A stretch of DNA of 64,000 bases, taken from NCBI GenBank assembly GCA_010093815.1, contig ML996580.1. One strand, written 5' to 3'. The position numbers were made by a program, and so were the translations under genes. Of this stretch, positions 1-11,742 are shown piece after piece. Positions within the stretch are counted from its first letter, which is position 1. Every line of letters starts with the position of its first letter. Source of the DNA: Pseudovirgaria hyperparasitica. Lineage: Eukaryota. The notes beneath the pieces are model-generated. The model was not told where the DNA came from. It worked only from the letters and a program-made list of their open reading frames with translations, and did no database searches.

Positions 1-200
1 ATAATATTAGTAATATCGATTACTAATATTAAGCTATTCCTAATAAGGAAATACCTTATATAAACTTATTAGATATAGTAGAGGTTAAGTTTACAAACGT
101 AACTTATGTCTATGCATATAAACACAATCCAGGGTACAATTGTCTCTCTTTATAAGATAGAACTTCCTTATCAAAGAGGTGTGATAAATCATAAAACTAC
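1..200. repeat. AT-rich, probably RIP-mutated repeat edge
   Basis: Very AT-rich with abundant TpA at 1-90, grading to normal GC by ~220. No identifiable transposon ORF remains. Confidence 0.5.
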
Positions 201-663
201 ATTGGTAATGAAAGTAGACGGTGTTACTCTCCGCTTGGGCGCTTCTCTGCTGAGTTTCGGGCTTCGAAGAGCATAACCCCCTCCAAAACGATTCTGCTCC
301 AAAAGAGGTAGGTTTCCCAGGGTTTCGACCTTCAGACACTCATTTTGGGCACCCTCCGATGACTCTGTCAGCTAGCTCTTCAAGATGATTTCCGGAAACA
401 TGCCCAAAGAGAGCAGACTTTTAGTGAATATAACAGAATCATTGAGTTTGGTGTGTAGACATGGCCCTAATTTCAAGGCCTCATTCGTTCGGTTACTTTA
501 AGCCGAAATACGGCGCTGGTAGTCTGTCGCCTGCAAGTCCAAGTCGAGCACTATAACCAGGATACGAATGCACTTGGATGGTCGATTGTAGAATTTGAAT
601 GAGTTGTAATCGGTGCATTCAACCAATCCGGCCCCATATACATGCCTTAGCCTTTTGCCAGGC

Positions 664-1418
664 TTACTTTGTTCGCACCGTCTTTAGCTTCTTAGGGCTA
701 TAGATAAACTGGGTAGCGTATGCTTTCGGTACAAATTTCCTCTCATTCGGCTCCTGTACAAAGTATTCATAACCCTGCTTGTTGGCGAAGTCAATTGCAT
801 CCTCTTTTGACTTGAATTGAATTCTATGGCCTTGCATGCAGTCTGCTGATGATTGCCAGCCCATCAAAGGGTTCTCCCATCTGTGGCCTTTGGGTAACGG
901 ATCCCAATCCATAAGCCAGTGATGGCTATGCCAGTCACCAGACTGAGTTGCGGGTTTAGTCGGGCGGTAGATTCTGAACTGCGTCAGCGATGGCGGAGGT
1001 AGCGTAGATCACTCGTGCTCACCGCACAGTGCGTGCTTGGAGATCTATTGGTGCACCTGACAGTACCGCTGCTGGAATGCTTCCTGTAGGCTCGCTGCCG
1101 TCCATAACACGTTTGGGGAGAGGTGAGAATTGTCTATAGGGAACGCTATCAGCATTGTCTACGCAAAGGTAGATGTGGCTTAACATACGATGTACGATAA
1201 TCGGGAGCCACATCATAATTTAACGGGTGAGTGGGAAGTTGATCGACAGCTCTTTCGGGGTTCTCGATCCCGGCCACGCTCATTGCATCCTCCTGGGTCG
1301 TCTTGTACTTGCCAGGCGCATCGGGATTGTTCGGCTTGCTGTAGAAGCGAGCGTTGGTTGATCGCACCGCAGGCTTAGTCGCTGCAGCAATGAGCCGCGA
1401 GCAAAGTGTTCGTTGCAT
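664..1418 (-). CDS. NDUFS4: NADH:ubiquinone oxidoreductase Fe-S protein 4 (complex I, NDUFS4 family), 3 exons
   Basis: Mitochondrial presequence MQRTLCSRLIAAATKPAVRSTNARFYS. Spliced product contains VRIYRPTKPATQSG and RWENPLMGWQSSAD..FKSKEDAIDFANKQGY. Two GT-AG introns. Confidence 0.93.
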
Positions 1419-1697
1419 CGTTATGATAATGTGTGCCCAAGCGGACATATCTTCAGGACTGGTGAGGTTGAAGTTGAGCAATTGACTCGCCTTGGCACTC
1501 TAAGCCTTTTCGGGCTACTCGGGCAGCGAGTTCTCACGGAGTACCTATCGCTTCCATCAGGATTGGAATCTCCAGATCCTCTACTATCCACCACTCCCAT
1601 CTCGTTGCCACCCATATTCAGGTACATAATCCCTAGAGGTAGCTTTGAAAGCTGTTATGCATATCCTTGGAGGCTAATTGATCCGCTAGTCGTCGAT
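1419..1697. promoter_or_regulatory. Bidirectional promoter between NDUFS4 and ATP17, with a CCAAT box
   Basis: 279 bp between divergent ATGs; ATTGG at 1563-1567. Confidence 0.55.
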
Positions 1698-2374
1698 ATG
1701 AGCTTCATTCAGAGGCGCGCGTTGTCTACTCTTATTCCACCAAAGGTTCGTGTATCGCTTCGGACCTTCTTCATATATAAATATGGACTTACTAATGTGC
1801 TATCTCGTAGGTGTCCTCACCCACTGTAAGTCTCTACCAACACTATTCGATACTCATGCGACCGTCTCCGATGCCCCTGCGACCCACCCTGCGCTCCAAC
1901 CTACGAACCGACTAACGCCCCCGACACTGCGATACATCCAACACAAGGGTATTAATGAAAATGGTACGGGTCTCGACTAATATAATTTACAGGCAATCGG
2001 CTCAGCCCCAGATGCTGTGCGTATGCAGAAGGTGGTGAGCTTTTATGAGAAGCTCCCCCGAGGACCTGCTCCGGAAGTGAAGGCCAAGGGACTGCTAGGC
2101 AGATATCAAGCCCGCTATTTCGGAAAGAACCCTTCAGCAGCCCGTAAGACTGTCCCAAAGAGATGAAAAGAACACCAAGAAGCTCCGCGGCACGATACGA
2201 AATGATAGACTAACAGCTGACCTGGATAGCACTCGCTCATCTGATCGGAGCTCTGATTGTCCTCGGTTATGCGCAGAACTACTACTTCCACCTGCGTAAG
2301 TCACCTTTCCTTACCCTGCAGTATCTAGAAATAATTGACGAGGCACAGGTCACCACAAGAACAACGCTCATTAG
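1698..2374 (+). CDS. ATP17: Mitochondrial ATP synthase subunit f, 5 exons
   Basis: Spliced product MSFIQRRALSTLIPPK|VSSPT|AIGSAPDAVRMQKVVSFYEKLPRGPAP..GLLGRYQARYFGKNPSAAP|LAHLIGALIVLGYAQNYYFHLR|HHKNNAH*. Includes a 15-nt microexon at 1811-1825. Missed by the ORF track. Confidence 0.93.
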
Positions 2375-3210
2375 GCCTTTCATAGCAGATGGTTTAGTAC
2401 GATAAGTGAAGCAGTGTTGTAGAAAATGGAAGTGTAAATAAGATATAGATCATATCTGCGAGCCTAAAACATTCATGGGCGAAGGTCCTGTATGTATACT
2501 GTTGTGATGTGTTGCGCCTGCGCTCGATGATGAAGTTCGTGCCAATAAAAACGCAGAGCCTGTGAGAGCAACTCTGAGCTTGTGTAAATATTCATCTGCG
2601 TTAGCCAAGACTACGGATTAATATTCATATTTCTTGAATATCTGTTCCCACTTCGATTTGCTTAACATTATTCTGTTGCCTATGCGGTTTATAGTAGAAA
2701 AAACCTTCGAAACATACGTTGCCGCATTACAGTACGGCAACGGCAAGCGGATTTCTTGGCACTAGCGCCCCGACCTCCAGCGTCACGTCGCCAGCCGAAC
2801 CATCTCCTGTTCACAACGACAAACCTTCGACAGACCGTGAAGCGTCTCTCTCTCCTCATAACTTAGCTACGGCTTCAGACAAGGCTCTTCCCCCGTCATA
2901 GGAAACCTTGAGCGACACGCGACACGAAATATACCGAGCATACCGATCCGACCTCTCGACCCAACCGCAACATAGCCACCTTGTATTACGAGCTAGAAAG
3001 CAACATCATCTGACGACCGGAAGCGCCTGCTAGTCTTCGTGGCCGCTCCAAATATTTGACAGCAGGTATATTTCTACAATTTTCTTGAAACTAGCGATGA
3101 TCAATACGAGTCAACATGGTCAATCTGCGTCCTCTGTCATTTCCCTCATTCAGGAACAAAGCGACCCTATCTTGTTATCTTTTCTTACCGAAACAGACCA
3201 GAATCTTGTT

Positions 3211-6200
3211 ATGGCAGAGCAGAGTGCCCGAGATGTGGTAAAGGAAGCACAGTCGATGGGCAGCTCTATGCCCATCGACGACATTGCGAAACCAACCAAC
3301 ACCACCACCGCCGATGACAACGGCCCGAAATCACCGAACTCTGCAATCTGCGTGACGAAGGAAGCTGCAGAAATAGATAGGCAAGCTGTAAGTTGTCTGT
3401 TGGAACACGAAAGTCGACCTGTTAATGATGGGACGACCCTGCAGACAACGTTCAGCGATAATGACGATCAAAAACCAGCGGCAAATCAGTCTGACATTGT
3501 CATTCCAAACGGTACTGGGTCAGAACAACTCACAACGGAAGAAGCTCAGCAACAAAACGCAGCGGCAGAGGCGAGTGGAGGATCTGACACTGATACCAGA
3601 GGCCATGTACGCACAGGCTCAGTAAAGAAACCTACCTTTTTTAAGACCTCATCGGTTACCAAGAACTTTCTTGCAAAGACGGCCAGCTCTACCCCACCAG
3701 TTCCGGGAAGTAAAGGTAAGATTCATAAAGAAGATACATCAAGTGACTCTAACGAATCACAGCAGCCTCAGTACCGAGCCAAGGAGTTTCACCAACCCAA
3801 GCGATTGCTAAACCAAGACTTGTCGCAAAATCGGGCAGTGGAATTGGGAACATTCCGCGATCAGGGCTGGCTAAGCCGAACGGAGCAAGTGGAGGACCTG
3901 ATGCAAGCAAAGTCTGGAACAAAAATCAGCGTATGCACAGCATATCTTGCCAAGATCACATATTCTGACAAATGATAGCAATACCTCCTCCACCACCTAA
4001 GCAATTTACGGACGAGGAACTAAAACAGCAATATGGAATCCATATGGCGACACGTCTCCAGGCCGATGACCCGTCGAAAGATCAGTCAAAGTGGGCAGAT
4101 ATTGATGATGACGAAGATGACTGGGTTCCCGAGACCGTGGAGTGGATGGATGGTACTAAATCCGCAGTAGCAGCAACAGACAACGCTGCTCCACCCCTTG
4201 AACAGTTGAGGCCTCCAGTAAAAAAGCAGGAGCCACCAGTCGAGACTGCTGAACCCGTTCAGCCCATCCAGCCAGCTCTGCCAGTCCAGCCAGCTCAACC
4301 AGCTCAACCAGCTCAAGAACCTTCGGTGGCTTCTGCAGCTCCCCCGGTGCAAAGACCAACATCTACTGGTGGTGCCAAAACCATACTAAAACCGGGAATA
4401 GCAGTCCAAAACACACAGTTCAGGCCTGGCGTGGTATTGAAAGGGGTACCAGAAAAGACCGGTCTAGTAGCAAAACCCGCCGCTCCTACGCCTCCTAAAT
4501 CACCGTGGGCATCTCTTCCACCGGTCGAGAGAGTTCCTCCTGTGCAGATCAATCCGCCAGTTCAACAGCCTTCACAGTCACGATTCGCACAACGAGATTC
4601 TCACGGATTCGACGCACTGCCACCGATGCCACCGCCTGCAGCAAAGGAAATCGCAGCGGATGACTTCAGCCGGAACTGGAGAGAGGAAAGAGGGACAAAA
4701 GAGCTATTCAACTCCCAGTCGGGTCGGTATGAGCCGGTGAACGATGCCCGGCGTGGCTCTTTCCGTGATTCCTCTCATCGCCAGCCCTCTGTCCTTCAAC
4801 GACCCAATCATGGTCCAGGTGCAGGTCATGCTGAGCCCTCCGCAGCCTTTCAAACATCACGTTCAGGACCAGATGCTGGACCTTGGACTCGACGTCGTAC
4901 TTCCTCCAACGTTAGTGGCGGTAGTGGTAGTCGTCGCATGTCTTTCGGTCGACCGCAAGATGGCCACCCATTCGCTGTCGAGTTACCTCCGCCTCGGGAA
5001 GTTCCGCCTGCAGCCGGCATAGACAACACAGGCTCCATTGAGTCACACCGTGCGAGCATTCACCTACAGCAGAAGCAGTCGAATGAGTCTGGGGCCGCTA
5101 CCCAGCAAACTTGGGCTCAGCGACCTTCACCTGCTGCAAGCCATGCCCAGCCCATGTCGCCCTTCGGCTCAGTTGACTCGTCAGTTCCGGCAGAGAGCCT
5201 AAGTGCCTCTACACCAGGACCAGATCCTGTGATAGTTCAGCAGCAGGTGATGAAGGATAATATCGAGCGAGCGAGAGAGGCGAAGCGTCGTAGAGACGAA
5301 GAAGAGGCGAAAGCAGAAGCAGCGAAGAAGGAACGCATTCAAAAGCTCATGGCTCGACTTGAGGAGAAGAAATCAAGCGATAGTGCTGCAGTCAATGCCT
5401 TACCGTCACCGCCCAAGCCGCCCGTACCTACGACGGACGGTGAGGTAACACAATATGGTATGATCAAGGTTCACTCGTCGCATACGGTCAAGAGAGCAAG
5501 TCCGCCTATTCACACAACCGCGCCCGGGCCAGGTTCTGCTATTGTCACAGATGGCAGGGACGCTGCTGTGCACAGACCCTCGGTTCGCGGAAACAACAAC
5601 AGTGTGCCTGCACCGTCACCTGGAGTCACGTCAACAACCAACTCTGCCTCTGTCTCTGCTTCTGCCTCTGTATCTTCCCCGCACCGTGAGCAAGTGAACA
5701 ACTCACCCTCGGCGAACAACGTCATCTCAGAGGCTGGGCCCAATCATACGCAAAAACCCGACTCCCAACCACCTCGCTCGACGCACATTTCTCCGTCTGC
5801 TCCTCAAGACCAATCTTGGAAACCCCCTCAGCCTGCACCTGACGCCTTTCAACCTTGGGGCTCAAATTTGCAGTCTCAGTCTCTCTCTTCATCAAGCGTG
5901 TGGGGTCCTCCTCCATCGAAAGACAAACCTCTCGGCAACGGTACCTTCGATACAAGCTACGGTCGAGCTTCTTCACATCAGAACAACGCTCAAGGCTCGC
6001 AAGTCGGTCCTGGACCAATTGCACCACCAACAAAGATTTCGCCTGGACCGTCACAAACTGTACCTCAACACGCACACAGCCAAGATCAACAGCGCGGGTT
6101 CGCTGTTCCTGACATTCGTCTTCCTCCAGTAGCACCAATTGGAGCTGCTTCACCGAACCAAGGATACTCACAGACAAGTCAGCCAGGCCCAATCGCACCT

Positions 6201-7640
6201 CCTACTCGCAACATGCCGGGAATGCAACAGCCACTATATACGGTCGGAGACTGGACATCACTTGCGGGTAATCCTGCAGCGCATGACACTGGTCTGATTG
6301 CAAAGCGCAATGCGGTGGTGCACCAAGCCACCGGCGGGCCTCGAAGAATTGAAGAGACATTCAGACGCACAGCGCCAGGTTCGACTGTGGGTGAGCGAAG
6401 AGTGGTGCAGACTGAGCAGTATTTGCACGACAACAACAACAAGACTGTCGTTGAGCGGGATCAAGCTCAGGATCGTACTGAGAGCCTTGTCCAGCAGTCT
6501 TCTGGCCCACCTCAAGTCAATATGCCCCTCGTAGGCGGTCATAATTCGGTTCACATGGGTCCAACCGTTCAGAACCAAATGAACAAACCTTCCCGCTTCT
6601 TCCCACAAGGTCCCAGGAACCTGCAGCAGTCGTCGGCTGTGCCTAATGGTCTCATCCCCGGGGTTGACACTGACTCACCTCCACCGCCGGACACAGTGAG
6701 CACCGGACATCCTGTATTCGACAGCGATCCGTCCCATCCTAAGGTCAATCTTCCTACTCCAAAAGCCATAGTCAAGTTGCCTCCAGCCGTGAGCTCACCA
6801 CAGCCGTCAGTCGTGATGCCGGTCAGGCCCCAGGGTCCTGCGCGGCTTGGATCGCAACCGATCGCATCTTCCGAAGCATGGCAAGATAGGTTCAACGGTC
6901 TCTTCGGACGCGTTGGCAGGAACCCGCCACAGTTGAAGCCAGCCTCACCAGATCCACCAGCAGCTGTTGTCAGTAGCTCCTCCAAAACAACTTTTGATGT
7001 CACACCCCAGCAATTGTCTGCAACGGTGTCACTGCCATCCAAGGACACTTCCGAGAAGGCTAGCCCGCACGCAATCTTCGCGCTTGACAGCAGTACCAGT
7101 CCGACTACTCGAGTTTCTGCCTCTGAAGCGCTCATGGAAGAACGCGAGTTCGGGTCTCTACCTCCCGTGCACTTTGGTAAGCCAGAGTATGAGAACTCGG
7201 CCAAGTCGGACTTTCCGTTAAACTGGAATCCTCAGAACTCCCGTACAGGACGAGTTGAACCAACATCTATGCCTATGTTGCCCTTCTATGATGAACGTAT
7301 CCGGGGAGAAGTTGTGCTTCACGTTGCTATACCAAACAGCAAGCGTGGTGCCACCACTAAGGTAATGCCTCGTAATTACAATTGCGACAATGGCAAGCCG
7401 AGAAAAGGTTCGGGTTATCAAGGCACGAAGCCGAAGCGAAACTCAGCGCGCGGAGACAATGCGAACTCTACCAACTCAAATCCAACCGCACGCAAACCTT
7501 CCAACCATCATCACCCTCATCAAGGAGGGCCTATAGGAGCAACGCGCCCTGTGACGAGATGGAACAGCGATGGCAACAACAGCAGTCGCAGCGCATCATC
7601 TTCCTGGACTAAGCGTCCGGCACCAGCCGCTGTTCATTAA
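3211..7640 (+). CDS. Large Pro/Ser/Gln-rich disordered fungal protein (~1440 aa, possibly PRRC2/BAT2-like), 3 coding exons
   Basis: Introns at ~3716-3762 and ~3931-3978 join the ORFs in frame. Motif blocks KPRLVAKS..VWNKNQP..KQFTDEELKQQYGIHMATRL..KWADIDDDEDDW and a central charged coiled coil (ERAREAKRRRDEEEAK). Confidence 0.8.
4255..4320 (+). repeat. Coding 9-nt tandem repeat (PVQ/PAQ)n
   Basis: ccagctcaa-type units encoding PVQPIQPALPVQPAQPAQPAQ. Confidence 0.7.
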
Positions 7641-9711
7641 CCAAAGAAACCTCGAAGGCTTCATTCTGAAATCGCAGCTCAGACAAATGTTCGAACGGAG
7701 ATCTGTTTCTATGATGGGCCTGAGACGATGAATAATTGATACTGTATTCTTTCCTTGCGACTCACATCAAGTACACGCAGAGAAGCAGCGCTTTCTGTGA
7801 GCTCATGTCTTCACTACAATTTTCTCGCCATCCGGTCAGCACTCACACTCAACACACTACCATACAACAGATGGGGATGGAAGCGATGTTGGAGGGTCTG
7901 TAGTGAGCCTCTTGTTATTCAGCGAGCCAAATGGGCACGCACTAATTGGGATTACGTCCGGCAATGCATCAACGGCGAAAAAGGCCTTTCTTAAGCTCCC
8001 AGGAATCTTATAGTCTCGGCCGTGTGTACATGATTGCACTGGTGAGGCATACCACCAGTACTGTGTTTCTATAGCAAATGACGATACTTTATCGCTCGCG
8101 ATTATAATAGTGCACCGTACAATATGATGCGTCAGTGAATGTGATGGTTCATCCCAGGATGGGTCGTGAGTGATGAGGGTAAGAGCTGCCCGAGTCTCTT
8201 GTAAACGCAACCTGCATGCTTGACCACTTCTATGTCTTCGCTTCACTGTGAGGTCACATACTACTTTCACATTTCTTGCCTGCACACACCAGGCACTCTA
8301 GTAACACCATTGCGCACCAAAATTAACAAGCGAAACCCAGCTACACAAGTCGTGGTCCAAAGTCAACGAAGCAATTATCGTGGTTACAACGAATGACAGG
8401 ACAGACAAAGATGATATTCCGTGATGGCAACACTTGAAACATCCGAATGTAAGGAGTTGATCCAATAAGACGTTGGATGCATATATGGCGCATTAAGGTG
8501 GCTTCCAGAGTTAACCACACAAGCACCTGACGCTGAACGGACATAGCTTCTGCACACGATATCTTACATATAGGCTGAATAACGAGAGTATATGGTAAGT
8601 CCAGTACAGGGCTAATTACGATTATGGGCAAATCCCTGAGTGTCTGCGGCGGACGCAAATTCGGAGAGCTTTGTGCCACGGCCGACAAGCCACATGGTTA
8701 AGACGAGGCGTACAGCATGTATCCTGGCGGCCTCTTGTCAGCAAGGGTGTGCACGAGACGGGCGAGCAATGCATGTCGGCGATCCATTCATAGATGGTAC
8801 GGTATCTTGGGCGCTGAGTGACGCTGCTGGTGCATCGATGGGTAAGGAGTTTGGGGGGCCTTCTGCGGGAACTTGAGAAAGAGTCTTGATGCAGGAATTG
8901 TTGATTCAGGATGTAGACTTGCCGCGCACTTTCCCGACTCTACCCGACAGTAAAGAGAACCGAGAGTTGACAGATGGAGGCAAGATGAAATCGCCTGAAT
9001 GGTGTTTGTAGGAGATGAATAACAGCGATGATAGAAGAAGCCCTGGCGCTAGGAGGGAAGAAACTGTAGATTTGGCGATGCTAATGAATCGTACAGTGAG
9101 TAAGTCTGGGGTTTAACTTCCGGTGGCGGTTTCGTTTCATCCAGAGTGTCAATAATGCATATCTTTTTTATGGTCAATCCGCATCTCACTTCCCCAGTTC
9201 CCCGTTACACATCCCGATCGTCACCATCCTCCGCAGCCAAGACCAGTGGCGCCCGCGTTTGGTTTCGGGTTCTTTGGTGGTGGTGTTGTGATTGGCTGCT
9301 CTTTGGGCGTGCAAGGTCAGGGCGCTTCGCCTTTCTCGGATGCTTCCTCCTCGAATTTAACGCTTGACGCTTGTGCCTTTATACGCATCGCCATCTGCGG
9401 CGACCACTAACTCTTCTTTTTCTTGTTACCTTTTCTATATCCTCTTCTGCTTCTACCGCTGGCCGACTTAAGAAGTCCTGCTTCACCGGCTCTTCCAACT
9501 ACTGACCTTCATTCTTGCGCATCTTTGTTCACCCACCGACGGCCGGTGCTTCACTCCCTTGTTCATCATTCAATCGGTCATACTTCATTCTCTACCTCCA
9601 TTCTTCACGTGAACAGTGCTCTTCATATTGAACAATAGCACCCGGCTTGTTGATCAAGTCTTTGGTCTTTACGTTACATACGTCTGCGGCTCGCAACACC
9701 ATCTTACCAAC

Positions 9712-11258
9712 ATGTTTTTCTCAAAGTCTCAGGCTCTCCTGGCTACTCTGGCCGCAGTCAAGACTGCTCTGGCTCATACCACCTTTACTGAATTTTACAT
9801 TGATGGCGTTAGCAATGTATGTACTTGATATTAAGACACTTCGAAAGCAGCCTGCTTATTTGACGTTTAGGGCGCTGGTACCTGCGTGCGTATGAATCAC
9901 GATGGCGCTAAAGCCTCCTTTCCCCTAGAAGACTTCAACAGCAATGATATGGCGTGTGGTATGTCTCCTACGAGGTTCCCGTCGCATTACATACTCTGAC
10001 CGTACCTAGGCCGTGATGGAACTAAAGGTGTCGACCGTGTCTGCACCGCCAAAGCCGGCTCCACCATCACCTTCGAATGGCACGCCTGGGCCAATGACAA
10101 GTCGCAAATCGTCCTCGACCCTGGCCATGCCGGTCCTTGTGCAGTCTACATGAAGAAGGTCGACTCCGCCCAGAAAGATACTGGTAGGCTAAATCGTTGC
10201 ACACTTCCTGACTTTGCGCTAAATTTCCTGTAGCATACGGTGACGGCTGGTTCAAAGTCTGGGACATGGGCTATGTTGACAATAAATGGTGTACTAACAA
10301 AATGATCGACGACAACGGCATGATATCCATCAAAATCCCCAACCTTGCGTCCGGCTATTACTTGATCCGTCCCGAGCTCCTTGCAATGCATGCTGTCAAC
10401 AGTGGCGATCCGCAGTTCTACGCCGGTTGCGCACAAGTCTTCCTCGAGTCTGATGGCGACCTGGGCCCCGAGTCCACCGTCAGTATTCCTGGCTATGTCA
10501 AGAAGACAGATGAGAGCGTGACGTGGAATATCTATGACAAGAAGCACGACAACGCTGACTACCCTACCCCTGGCCCACCTGTTGCGCACCTCGTACCTGG
10601 CGTCCAGGGCGCAAGCATCAAGGCAAATAAAGCAGAAGGCCAGCTCCCAGAAGGCTGCATAATCCAGAATGCAAACTGGTGTGCATTCGAAGTGCCCGAA
10701 TACGATACAGAGACCGAATGTTGGGCCTCGCAGCAGAACTGCTGGGAGCAGCAGAACGAGTGCTGGGACAAAGTCCCGCCCACGGGCGGTGCTGGCTGCG
10801 ATGTACTCCACGCACGCTGCGACTATCTCAACGCCCAGTGCGCAGCCAAAAATTGGGTCGGCCCTCCAGACGCGGGCAAAGTGCTGTATCATCCCCAAAG
10901 CACGCTTAGCAACGTTCCGCAGGCGTTGCCCACGCATGGCGGTGGTGTTGTAGCGCAGAACAGCATTGCGCCGAGCGCGGCTGTACAAACGCATAGCCCA
11001 TCGCCGTCGTCGAGTGCTGTCGATAATGATCATGAACAACATGAAGTTGCCCCGGCTCCTTCTCCTGCCGCTGCGCAAACATCGGCTCAGGATTCACCGG
11101 CTCACGATGCTCCTGCACCGACTCATGCGCCGTCTGCCCCTGAGAACGACAATGAGAATCACGATGATAGTTACGACAATGATAAGAACGTTGTTGTCGT
11201 CACGGACGTCGTCTATGCGACGCAGGTTGTGTGGCAGACAATGTGGGTCAAGCACTAA
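9712..11258 (+). CDS. AA9 (GH61) lytic polysaccharide monooxygenase with Cys-rich module and disordered C-terminus, 4 exons
   Basis: Signal peptide ending ..KTALA followed by N-terminal His (HTTF). Second His in DPGHAGP. Also GDGWFKV, YLIRPELLAMH and PQFYAGCAQ (axial Tyr). Three introns between 9817 and ~10233. Confidence 0.93.
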
Positions 11259-11742
11259 TAAGGGGTTTAATGACAACGCATACTCGATCCCGGTGTGCCG
11301 TTTCCAGAGTATGGTCTCTGGGCTTCATGTGAAGGTCTGTGTACGATCAAAGAGAGCCTAGCGCTCGTTCGTTTCTTTGCGTTGTGCTGATGCACCAATG
11401 TTTTTGGCTTCGCTTCTTACTCTTCTTCTTGGCGTGTCTTTGAAATGACTTGAGTTGTAGTAAGACTAGGCATGATGTGCGTACCGGAAAAACAATCATG
11501 GCATACGATGGATGAGAAAATATATATACATGAATAAAGGATATGATTTATGACGCCAATAGAAAACGCCGTCTCCATGGTGTGTTGTTTGCTCTATGCT
11601 TTCACTGTGACCAGCTTTACTCTGTTCTTCATGTCCCTTTGTCAAGCAAGACTTATAGCCTGTAACGTCCCGATACCGAAAGTACTCTTCAATGCTATTT
11701 CATCCCATCATTGTTTGCTCTCTTACTTTAATCTTCGGCGCA

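Noticed and set aside
1826..1992. Long second intron of ATP17 with an internal GACTAAC (1910-1916): possible stwintron or snoRNA
   Set aside because: No split donor or acceptor can be reconstituted, and I see no C/D or H/ACA box pair.
10146..11078. Long antisense ORFs (10146-11078, 35250-36065, 39478-40554, 6569-7204)
   Set aside because: They are shadows of codon-biased real genes on the opposite strand.
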